A DNA stretch of 64,000 nucleotides. Origin: a candidate division Kazan bacterium GW2011_GWA1_50_15. GTDB lineage: Bacteria; Patescibacteriota; Kazan-3B-28. The position numbers were made by a program, and so were the translations under genes. Positions 52,815-61,294 of this stretch are shown one piece after another (within the stretch, counting starts at the first letter, position 1; each line of letters opens with the position of its first letter). The notes beneath the pieces are model-generated. The model was not told the origin of the DNA and ran no database searches. It saw only the letters and a list, made by a program, of their open reading frames with translations. The stretch is taken from positions 279,128 to 343,127 of the forward strand of contig CP011216.1 of NCBI GenBank assembly GCA_001029795.1. The letters run 5' to 3'.

Positions 52815-53350
52815 TGCTCTTTGCCAGTGTGCGATTGCCTCTCCCCAGTTTTGGGGAAGGGAGGAAAGTCCGGACACCACCCTGGAACAGAAAAGTCGCT
52901 AACGGCGACCCCTCGATGTATTTCGGGGAGGGAAAGTGTCACAGAGACAATACTAAACTTTCTTGAGAGGCATCTTATGGTTTTCTCTTAGCAGGGAAGG
53001 AGAGCAGCGAGCTTGTCCTAACTCTGTCAGGATGGGCTTTTGCCCACGAGTGTCGAGAGGAAACCGTAGGTTGCCTCTCGAGATTGTTAAAAGGTGAAAA
53101 GCGGTAGGGTGTTGAAATGTTGGAAAGCGGGCCAATCCCGCCAACCGGCCTCCAAGCTACCTACCGGGCTCCGTCGCGAGACGGATGTTCTGGTAAACCC
53201 TTTTCGGTGCAAGTTGGGCTGGACCGTTCATATCAATTGGTTTGTTCCGGGCAAGGTATGAAGGGGCCCCAACGCTTGATCCTGTCAGCAATGGCAGGGC
53301 TAGATAGATAATCGCTAAAACAGAATCCGGCTTACAGCTGGCAAAGAGCA
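52815..53350 (+). ncRNA. rnpB: RNase P RNA, enlarged (~535 nt)
   Basis: GAGGAAAGTCCGG, GAAAGTGTCACAGA, GGTGAAA, GGTAAACCC..GCAAG, AACAGAATCCGGCTTA; P1 TGCTCTTTGCCAG/CTGGCAAAGAGCA. Confidence 0.95.
52961..53084. mobile_element. Copy 3 of structured element, with ~29-bp terminal inverted repeats, inside RNase P P12
   Basis: 52999-53084 aligns with 28038-28124; 52961-52989 is an imperfect inverted repeat of 53055-53083. Confidence 0.7.
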
Positions 53351-53427
53351 TTGAAGAATGTCTGTGTGTAATGTTAATACCGCCACTATTCACGACCGTG
53401 AACAGTGGCAATATTAGTGTGCCCCGA

Positions 53428-53916
53428 TTAACGAACGAGGCGACCGATATAAAGAGAGACGAAGTCCCCCACCTGATGATAGCCAATCAACCACTCGATC
53501 CAGTCCTCACACTGATACTGGCTGACCCAGACACTCTGCTGATGCCGTTTGAATCCAAGCAGTTTGATGTGGTACCTAAATCTGTCTCGCAGTTTCCGAC
53601 GCGATTCGGGGATATCAAAAACCAAAATTCGTGTGTTGCCGTCCGTGGCTTTGACCAGACGCAGGACTGGCAACAATCGTACCGCGCCCAAATCTGTCAG
53701 ATAATACTTATCCTTGCCTCGTCTCTCCAACTCGCCTTCGTGAACCAAGCTGTTGATTATTTTCTGAACAACGACAGGTCTCAGCTGAAACATTCCTTTG
53801 TACCGCGCCATTAATGGAATGGCGGCTAATTCAATCAGCTGGGCACCAGCGTACTTCAAAGAACGGAGGACGGCCCGCCGGATGATGATTCGTTTGGTGT
53901 TGGTCAGCTTTGGCAT
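53428..53916 (-). CDS. PaaX-like regulator (wHTH + Cas2-like domain)
   Basis: YYLTDLG, ILVFDIPE.RR.LRD.FR...K.LGF...QQSVWVS. Confidence 0.85.
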   Translation of the reverse strand: MPKLTNTKRIIIRRAVLRSLKYAGAQLIELAAIPLMARYKGMFQLRPVVVQKIINSLVHEGELERRGKDKYYLTDLGAVRLLPVLRLVKATDGNTRILVFDIPESRRKLRDRFRYHIKLLGFKRHQQSVWVSQYQCEDWIEWLIGYHQVGDFVSLYIGRLVR

Positions 53917-54130
53917 ATGATATTGTCAAAATCAACGGCCGTGAGGGGTGACAATAACATTCTAGTTCGTTTCTTGTTTAGCTCCAATCCCATTTGCCGG
54001 TCAAGGGACAGAACCAGGAGTATCTTTGCGTCCCCTTATCCGCTCGCAGAGCGGTTTTTGGGTGGACAGGCACCTCGTTTTATGCTATGGTGAGCGTGGT
54101 TCTTTGATAATTTAATCTCTCAAAAAGGAT

Positions 54131-56569
54131 GTGGTAAAAATGAGGTTTGCCCTCTTGGTAGTCATTCTTTTGGTGGGCTGCCAGAGTGGCGGCCCCAAAG
54201 TTGCCGGTGCGCCATCGAAAATTGTCGATGGTGATTTGGTCGCCTCGCTCACCCAGCAGTTCTGGGCGGAGCGGGAGAGAATCATCTCTGGCGGCATCCA
54301 ACCGCCACCGGGAGCCGACCAAGTAACTGATTTGGTTTGTGACGGCACAACTCTGACTTGGTCCTATGTTAATCTTGGTGACTACAACCAAGACGGCGAG
54401 GCAGGTATCGCCGACCTTACTTCCATCGCCCTGCATTTTGGGCACAAGCAGGATCCGGCATTCCCGGACTTGCTGGACGAGGTCATCGACGGCGATAAAA
54501 GTACAGAGGTCGGCGTTTCTGACATTACTCCTATCGCTCTGAACTATTTGGCGACCGTTGCCAGATATTCCATACAGGGGGCTAACGCTCCCGATGGAAG
54601 TTTTGGCGAGGTCGGCAGTATCAGCCGTTCGGCCGGCAGTGGGTTAGGTCGGTTGCAGTTTGTAGCCGAACTCCCTGTTACCGAACTGTTGTTCTTCCGG
54701 ATAGTTCCGGTCGACGGTGGCGGCTCGCTCGGAGCCCCGTCCAATGTAGTGGCGGGACCGAACGCTAGGCCAGTCATTACTACGATCTATGTGGAGCCGA
54801 CCGAGACCTACACCGGCCAGCCGGTCACTTTCTCAGCTGAAGTTAGCGGCACAGAGCCGTTCTTCTACGGCTGGGATTTTGCCGGAGCAACTAATCCTCT
54901 GTCCTCCGCCGAAACCTCCCCTACGGTCACCATTACCGCCGGGGTCGGTATCTACAATGCTACCCTCACAGTCGCCAACGAATATGGCGAAAGCGAGTTC
55001 GGATTTCCCATTGATGTGCGGATGCCCGTCCCGCCTGACATTGTTGAAATTATACCGACATCGGGCGTGGCAGGGACACAGATAACATTCCAGGCCACCA
55101 TAACGGGTGAACCAGCCCCCGCTTATGCGTGGGATTTTGGTGGAGCGGCTATCCCTAATATCTCTGCGGATATATTCCCAACCGTAACCCTGTCCGCGAC
55201 CGACGATTATACGGTGTCACTCACGGTTACCAATTTGGCCGGAGAGGGTAGCTTACAATTGCCGTTCGTCGTCGTTCCCCCGCCACAGCCGCCGGTCATT
55301 TCCGGCGTGACAGCGCCGAACGGTATTGTTGGCACCAACGCAAGTTTCAGCGCGACGGTGAGCGGCGACGAACCCCTCACCTACGCTTGGGATTTTGGTG
55401 GCGGCGGGCTACCCAATACCTCCGCTGACACTGACCCGGTTATAACTTGCGAGACGGTCGGCAATTTCAACTGCCATCTTGAGGTTAGTAACGCGGTTGG
55501 CACGGATGGATATAATTTCTTCTGGGAAGTCCGTGGGGGGACTTGGAATGCGGTGTCTTTAGGAGCGATCGGACGCGGCACCGCACCGATCATTGCCTAC
55601 GGTTACCCGGCCGTGGCCTACACTGATGGGCAAACCACCGAAGTCAAATTCGTTCGAGCAACCGATCCATTCGGCGACGCTTGGGGAACAGCTACCACCG
55701 TCGCCAATTGGGGCAGTGGTCTGTCGGCTGTGGCGGTTAACGGTCATCCAGCCATTGCTTTCTACGCTGATGATGCTTTGCATTATATTAGGGCGTTGGA
55801 TGCGGAGGGCAGTAGTTGGCCACTCACCGACATTGTCGTTGACAGCGGCGGTTGGCTATTATTGCCTTCACTCATAGTCGTCAATGGCAATCCGGCCGTG
55901 GCGTATTATGACTACGCCAATGAGCGAGTCAAATACGCTCGAGCCGCTGACGGTGACGGTGACACTTGGGGTTCACCCCAAGTCATCGACGATGGGCTTG
56001 GTATCTACGGCGGCCAACCGACGCTGGCAATGGTTAATGGCCAGCCAGCCATCGCCTACGCCGATTACACTGCGGGGGTGCTACAGTTCGTGCGCTCGAT
56101 TGACGCGTACGGCGACAACTGGAACGCTCCCCTCGCACTGGACGGTGAGGGCTACTCTCCTCGCATCGCCACAGTGAACGGCCAGCCAGCCGTTAGTTAC
56201 ATTACCGGTAGCGGAGCATTGAAACTCATCCGCTCGATCGATGTGGATGGACAGAACTGGGGTCCATCGACCGAAGTGGTGGCGGCTCCCGGCGGCGAGT
56301 GGGTGTTGGGCAAGCACTCACTAGCTATTATCGCCGGCCGGCCGGCCATTGCCTACGCCATGAACACGACCGGAACCCCGCAGGAACGGGATATTCGGTA
56401 CATCCGGGCGTCAAACACCGAGGGCACCGACTGGAGCGAAACAGCAAGTCAGCTGTGGCCGCTTGGTGGATTTGAGCCGGGATTGGCCAGTATCGGCGGC
56501 CGGCCAATGGTCACTTTTTCCATCCCCGGGCCGGGAGTCGAACCCTTGTTCGTCGCGCACCTCGAATAA
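54131..56569 (+). CDS. Lipoprotein with dockerin-like Ca loops, three PKD domains and C-terminal beta-propeller-like repeats
   Basis: Lipobox LVGC; GDYNQDGEAGIADL; 3x Y.WDF.G; repeated L..VNG.PA.AY. Confidence 0.85.
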   Translation: MVKMRFALLVVILLVGCQSGGPKVAGAPSKIVDGDLVASLTQQFWAERERIISGGIQPPPGADQVTDLVCDGTTLTWSYVNLGDYNQDGEAGIADLTSIALHFGHKQDPAFPDLLDEVIDGDKSTEVGVSDITPIALNYLATVARYSIQGANAPDGSFGEVGSISRSAGSGLGRLQFVAELPVTELLFFRIVPVDGGGSLGAPSNVVAGPNARPVITTIYVEPTETYTGQPVTFSAEVSGTEPFFYGWDFAGATNPLSSAETSPTVTITAGVGIYNATLTVANEYGESEFGFPIDVRMPVPPDIVEIIPTSGVAGTQITFQATITGEPAPAYAWDFGGAAIPNISADIFPTVTLSATDDYTVSLTVTNLAGEGSLQLPFVVVPPPQPPVISGVTAPNGIVGTNASFSATVSGDEPLTYAWDFGGGGLPNTSADTDPVITCETVGNFNCHLEVSNAVGTDGYNFFWEVRGGTWNAVSLGAIGRGTAPIIAYGYPAVAYTDGQTTEVKFVRATDPFGDAWGTATTVANWGSGLSAVAVNGHPAIAFYADDALHYIRALDAEGSSWPLTDIVVDSGGWLLLPSLIVVNGNPAVAYYDYANERVKYARAADGDGDTWGSPQVIDDGLGIYGGQPTLAMVNGQPAIAYADYTAGVLQFVRSIDAYGDNWNAPLALDGEGYSPRIATVNGQPAVSYITGSGALKLIRSIDVDGQNWGPSTEVVAAPGGEWVLGKHSLAIIAGRPAIAYAMNTTGTPQERDIRYIRASNTEGTDWSETASQLWPLGGFEPGLASIGGRPMVTFSIPGPGVEPLFVAHLE

Positions 56570-56572
56570 CTT

Positions 56573-56615
56573 AAAACCGTCCCGCCATCACTTGTGTATG
56601 GCGGGACGGTTTTTT
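56573..56615. terminator. Bidirectional terminator
   Basis: AAAACCGTCCCGCCAT...ATGGCGGGACGGTTTT between convergent genes. Confidence 0.85.
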
Positions 56616-56635
56616 CTTGTGAACAACTTGAAATT

Positions 56636-59600
56636 TTAAATAATGGTGATAGTCAGGGTACCACTGTAGTCGCCCACCGTGCGGGACTCGAGATCAGCTA
56701 GGTCAATGGTCGGTAAGAAATAGAAACCGCCCTTGCCGTTGATATAGGTACTACCCGGACCGGTATAGGCGTTCCTGTCAGCATCCAGCGTGGCGCCAGT
56801 TTGGCCGGTCATATCGGTTTTGCTGGATGCGAATGAGCCGTTTAATACTGTAGTCGTTGATTTCCAAGTAATGTCGGTACCGGGGATGGTGTCGCCGCCA
56901 CCGCTTTTCGGCATCGACATTGAGCCGACCGATACAGTGTAACTGGTTTGATTGCCTCGTTTATCCCAGAAGACAAATTCCTCGCCAGCCTCGAAGGGAT
57001 AACTTAGTGTCCCCCCACCGCCCTTGGTGTAAGCCCCTAAATAAACATCGGCCGGGGCGGTAGCCATCTCCAGATCGGTGGCCGCCGAGGTGGTCAGCGC
57101 TGGATAACTATTGTTCGAATCCTTTGACACTGTCGCCCAACTGCCACCGGCCGCGGCGCTGTTTTCCATATATTGCAGACGGAAATAATAGGTAGTACCG
57201 GGCGCGACTATCACGCCGGGATTACGTTGGATAGTAAACTCGTGTTCGTAGTTGGTCGAGGCCGCCGGGTCAAAGGTACTTCCCGACCCAGCCCCGGTGC
57301 CGGAATCCTCATTGTGCCGCCCGGCCGTGGGCGAGTTGTTAGTCAGCCGGACATTGACGATGGCGTCGTCATCGGTCACGTTGGCTCCATTGTAGTAGCG
57401 CCAGGCTACCGTGTTCCCGCCCTGCGCCTCGACATCGGTGGCACCAGTAAAGCTGGTTGAGGTATCGAACTGGAGTTTGTATTTCACATCCGTCGCACCC
57501 ACGCCGTTGGCTTCGCCCACCACAACCCGTAGTTTGATGGCATTCCCCGGGTAAACAATGCGAGTGCTGCTGGGTGGGGTGCTGGTCGAATCATTGTCTT
57601 CATCGCTCAAGGCATCTCCGGTTGTCGTCTCGCCGCCATTAGTGGTATTGGGGTCGGCCACATCTTCGGCGTCGAACCAACGCCAGTTTTTGGAGCCGGG
57701 TTTGTAGGGCTTGCTTTTAGCGATGACCGTGTCAACATAGGTCGGTAAATTATCAGTGTCGGCAATGGTGACCGGCGCGCTGTGTGTATGGTCGTCCACC
57801 GCTATAGTCACGCCGGGCGGCGGGGCGGGCATATCGAAACCGGCCGATGACGAAGCGCCCCCGGTCGTAATATCGGAAACCGTGTGGCTATGCGAACTAG
57901 CCCCGCCCGAGCCGTCGGCGGTATACGATGATTGAGCCTCTAGATACCGGCGGTTGAAAGTCTGCGAGCTGCCGGAACTTACCGTCCAAGCGCTCCCGGG
58001 GTCGGCCGTGAACATCGCTACCAGATTAGCCGGGATAGCACCCGTGCTATCCTTTTTGCCCATGATCACCTCAACATGAATCGGTACATGGTTACCGGTG
58101 GTCGAAGTGCCGCTACCGGTATGATTATGGGCGGCGGCGGCTCCAGTAAAAGGCGGTCCGGTTGTACCGCCCACGGCACCGCCGGATGTGACTGTGCCAC
58201 CAGTGAGCGTGATGTCGTGATCGTGGGCAGTGTTTGACCCGCCGGTGGTTTCCCCATCCGGCCCGCCCCGAACAAAAGTATTATCCTGTGCCGAGTATCG
58301 TGTCCAGCCAGTTGGGACAGTAGCATCGAACATGGCAATGATGTTTTGCGGTAGCGTGCTGGGCATCCCGCTGTCGTACTGGACTACCTGTAATTCGCGG
58401 TAAGACGGTAACAAACTCTTAGATGAGGCTGTGGCACTCCAACTGTGCGTGTGTTGATCGCCGGCCACTGTGGTGCCCGATTGGGAGATGCTCAAAGACA
58501 AATTGTCAGTAATCGTCCCTGGCGTGGCGGTGGGGGTATGGGTATCGGCTCCGCCCCACGGACCGTAAGCTGAATTGCCTCGCGGGAATTTTTGGTAAAA
58601 GATATCGGTCGCGTCATTGGAAACCGAGCTCCACCCCGCTGGCATCGTGATCAATGTCCCATCCCAAAACAACATCATTCTAACCTCGGCGATATCCAGA
58701 GCCGACGTGTCGGTGAAATTGACTCCCAGCATATCGGCGTTGGCGCTATCATACCAGGTAGCAAATATCTTATACGGCGTAACGCTCCCGGCTCGAACAT
58801 AGATATAGTTGCCAGCGGAACTGCTGACCGGTCCCTGCTCGCTCCCCCAGGTTGAGCCGCCAGTGGTGGATTTTTTGTAATAGACACTCATCGAGCTGGC
58901 TACCGTACCGCGCAAATAAAAGGCGTAAAGATCGCCATTCTGCTGGTCGATGGCCACAGCGCCACCAAGTCCGGCAGTACCGATGTCGGTGTAGACATTT
59001 GTGTTGGTACTCCAACTCCTACCCGACTCGTCGTACCAATAGGTTTCAATGTCCCCGCCACTAGTGGCCGGATCGTTATTGCCCACCACATAGATGTCGC
59101 CGGTATTTTTGTTTAGTGCCCCGCCCCAGGCCACATCGTAGGTGGTGTGATAGGCAAAACTACTATCGATGGTGGTCCAACTCCCGTCCCAGGTTGGCGC
59201 GCTAGCATCGTAGACCATCGAGACTAGATCGGTGGCGCTGGTATCGTGAACCACTATCATCACATCTCCGCCAGACAGCGGGAAGATCTGCCCGTGGTCG
59301 ATGCCGCCAGCCATAGAAAAGCCGGTATCGCTCCAACTACTGCCACCAACGTCGGCTGCCGAGTAAACTTTGTAGCTGGCCGTGGCATCGCCCCAGAACC
59401 ACAGTGCATACAATTTGTTGTCGGTAGACTTGATAATCGAGGGCGATCCGCCCGAGGCATAGACCATGTCAACCGTGTTGTCGCCTATCTTGGTCCAGGT
59501 CGTGCCGGTGGGTGAGAGAGTGTCGCTAGCAGTATCTAGCCGCTTGAAATAGACATCGTCATCGTTCGTACCCGCCGTTTCGTGGGCCACCATATAGATA

Positions 59601-59974
59601 TAAGTGCCGCTGGTGTCCCCCGGCGTCCACTGGTCGTACCAGACGGCAATGTCCATCCAATCTTGGTCAGTCCCTAGCTCCACCTCTCCGCCCCAACTGG
59701 CGCCACTATTGGTGGTTTTTTTGTAAGCGGGCGTATCGGTGGTGTCATCAATATAAAAAGCGTAGCCGGTAGTATCGGACACCCAGACCACCGATGGGCT
59801 GGGACCGTACTGGCCAGTCAGATTGAATAGATCGCCGTTGATGGTGATTTGGGTGGCTTGGGCTGGCAGGACATTGAATCGCAGAGGGGCGAATTGAAAC
59901 CCGCCAAACACCATAACTACCGTCAAGACAACGGTCATCAATCGCCCGATTGTACCTATCCATCTCCTCTTCAT
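56636..59974 (-). CDS. Large secreted surface protein: Asp-box propeller, 3 tail-fibre/collar-like repeats, WxL-like C terminus
   Basis: Signal peptide (PAQA); KKTTNSGASW and KKSTTGGSTW; repeats P.GW...F.RG...GG..HxH...HxH...LP.Y; DKRG...GDYSGTLTITI. Confidence 0.8.
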   Translation of the reverse strand: MKRRWIGTIGRLMTVVLTVVMVFGGFQFAPLRFNVLPAQATQITINGDLFNLTGQYGPSPSVVWVSDTTGYAFYIDDTTDTPAYKKTTNSGASWGGEVELGTDQDWMDIAVWYDQWTPGDTSGTYIYMVAHETAGTNDDDVYFKRLDTASDTLSPTGTTWTKIGDNTVDMVYASGGSPSIIKSTDNKLYALWFWGDATASYKVYSAADVGGSSWSDTGFSMAGGIDHGQIFPLSGGDVMIVVHDTSATDLVSMVYDASAPTWDGSWTTIDSSFAYHTTYDVAWGGALNKNTGDIYVVGNNDPATSGGDIETYWYDESGRSWSTNTNVYTDIGTAGLGGAVAIDQQNGDLYAFYLRGTVASSMSVYYKKSTTGGSTWGSEQGPVSSSAGNYIYVRAGSVTPYKIFATWYDSANADMLGVNFTDTSALDIAEVRMMLFWDGTLITMPAGWSSVSNDATDIFYQKFPRGNSAYGPWGGADTHTPTATPGTITDNLSLSISQSGTTVAGDQHTHSWSATASSKSLLPSYRELQVVQYDSGMPSTLPQNIIAMFDATVPTGWTRYSAQDNTFVRGGPDGETTGGSNTAHDHDITLTGGTVTSGGAVGGTTGPPFTGAAAAHNHTGSGTSTTGNHVPIHVEVIMGKKDSTGAIPANLVAMFTADPGSAWTVSSGSSQTFNRRYLEAQSSYTADGSGGASSHSHTVSDITTGGASSSAGFDMPAPPPGVTIAVDDHTHSAPVTIADTDNLPTYVDTVIAKSKPYKPGSKNWRWFDAEDVADPNTTNGGETTTGDALSDEDNDSTSTPPSSTRIVYPGNAIKLRVVVGEANGVGATDVKYKLQFDTSTSFTGATDVEAQGGNTVAWRYYNGANVTDDDAIVNVRLTNNSPTAGRHNEDSGTGAGSGSTFDPAASTNYEHEFTIQRNPGVIVAPGTTYYFRLQYMENSAAAGGSWATVSKDSNNSYPALTTSAATDLEMATAPADVYLGAYTKGGGGTLSYPFEAGEEFVFWDKRGNQTSYTVSVGSMSMPKSGGGDTIPGTDITWKSTTTVLNGSFASSKTDMTGQTGATLDADRNAYTGPGSTYINGKGGFYFLPTIDLADLESRTVGDYSGTLTITII

Positions 59975-60034
59975 GCTAAATATTTATGCTTATTGCCTGA
60001 GTCCGCCAGCCGGCGGATCGAAGGCCTACCACAA

Positions 60035-60066
60035 CTTATCACTTGTCACTTGTCACTTGTCACTAT
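60035..60066. repeat. Heptamer tandem repeat (TTGTCAC)n
   Basis: TTATCAC TTGTCAC TTGTCAC TTGTCAC. Confidence 0.8.
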
Positions 60067-60073
60067 CTGCCAT

Positions 60074-61294
60074 TCACTTCCTCCCTCCCGGCCGATACAG
60101 CGAAGTTCTGCCAGAAACTAGATACCGCCACCATGCCGGCATGGGTTCGCGTCGTCGTTTTTCGGATAATTCACTCGGCGACAACAACCCCACCGGAATA
60201 AACAACTTATCTCCTGCGTTAATGGCGTGCGGCCAAGTTAACTGATTAAACCGGATCAGCTGTTGCGGCAGAACATTGGTATGCTCCGCAATGTGCATTA
60301 CCGTCTCGCCTTTTTGGACAGTGTGCGTAATTGTCTTCAGGCGATACTTCCGTCGGTCCAGCCACCACACCCACCAGCGGTACTTCAGCCAAGCCAGCCC
60401 CAACCCTAAGAGCCACCAGCCAAGATATTTGGTTCCCACCCAAAAGCTAAATTTATATTCGAACCGTTCGTCCGGCAATTTTTTGACCGTACCGTCTAGT
60501 TGCACTTCGTCCACTGTCCAAGTGTGAGCTACAACCGCAATCCGGTAGTAGCCGAATTTGGGCGCTGGTCTATCCCACACTTTGGTAATGTTCATCACAC
60601 TCCCCGGCAGATAGGTACCATTCTCATTCATCTCTTCGGTACGACTGCCGAATATGCCCTGCAGTTTAATATCCAGCGCTGGCTCAATGTTGATATTGCT
60701 CTCGTTCTTGGCGGTGATGTTAAAAGTTAGTCCGCTTTTGTCAATTTTGTAATCAACTTTATCAAAACTAAGTTTGCGGGTTATCTCCCCCGGCACGGTG
60801 ATATATACCCGAGCCCCGACTCGGATCTGGAAATTGATGTTGCCGCCGGCTTGACCGCCCGCTCTTTCATAAATCACAATCCCACCACTGTGCTGACCCG
60901 GCCCGGTGTCCCCCGGCACGGTAATAGTAAAGGGGACCTCGGCGCTGGTATTCGGCGCCAGTATCAAGTTAGTTTGCTCTAATTTAATCCAGCTCCCCAC
61001 CTCCCGATTATCGGCGGCGGTTTTCACCAGTGTATATCCGCCCTCGGTGGTATTGACGGCATCAAGCGCTTCCACAACCACGGATTTAGTTCTGGGAGAA
61101 TTATTATTAATAACTAATGTGTCGGTCGTACTCTCTCCCGGCCGGAGAGTATGGACAAACCAACTCCGGGGTGGCTGGCCCTCCACTGGCTTAGGGATAA
61201 CCCCCACCCCACCGGTTTGGGCCAACGCAAAAATTGGCAGCCACCATGCTGCCAAAACTGCCGACAGAGCCATTCCGATCACAGGTTTAGTCAT
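60074..61294 (-). CDS. DUF916/WxL-interacting-like membrane protein with C-terminal LysM
   Basis: SWFVHTLRPGESTTDTLVINN, VGSWI.L, FTITVP....PG.H.GGI, RVG.R.Y..VPG, TM, THTVQKGET. Confidence 0.8.
   Translation of the reverse strand: MTKPVIGMALSAVLAAWWLPIFALAQTGGVGVIPKPVEGQPPRSWFVHTLRPGESTTDTLVINNNSPRTKSVVVEALDAVNTTEGGYTLVKTAADNREVGSWIKLEQTNLILAPNTSAEVPFTITVPGDTGPGQHSGGIVIYERAGGQAGGNINFQIRVGARVYITVPGEITRKLSFDKVDYKIDKSGLTFNITAKNESNINIEPALDIKLQGIFGSRTEEMNENGTYLPGSVMNITKVWDRPAPKFGYYRIAVVAHTWTVDEVQLDGTVKKLPDERFEYKFSFWVGTKYLGWWLLGLGLAWLKYRWWVWWLDRRKYRLKTITHTVQKGETVMHIAEHTNVLPQQLIRFNQLTWPHAINAGDKLFIPVGLLSPSELSEKRRREPMPAWWRYLVSGRTSLYRPGGRK

Noticed and set aside
52766-53486. Several short ORFs in the ORF track
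   Set aside because: They overlap the RNase P RNA gene and have no protein-like features
53428-53916. Cas2-like motif (FDIPE...QQSVW) suggesting a CRISPR locus
   Set aside because: No cas1 or repeat-spacer array in the window; architecture matches stand-alone PaaX-like regulators common in CPR
56636-59974. Prophage or contractile-injection interpretation of the tail-fibre-like repeats
   Set aside because: No capsid, terminase, sheath, tube, baseplate or integrase genes nearby, and the protein has a Sec-type signal peptide
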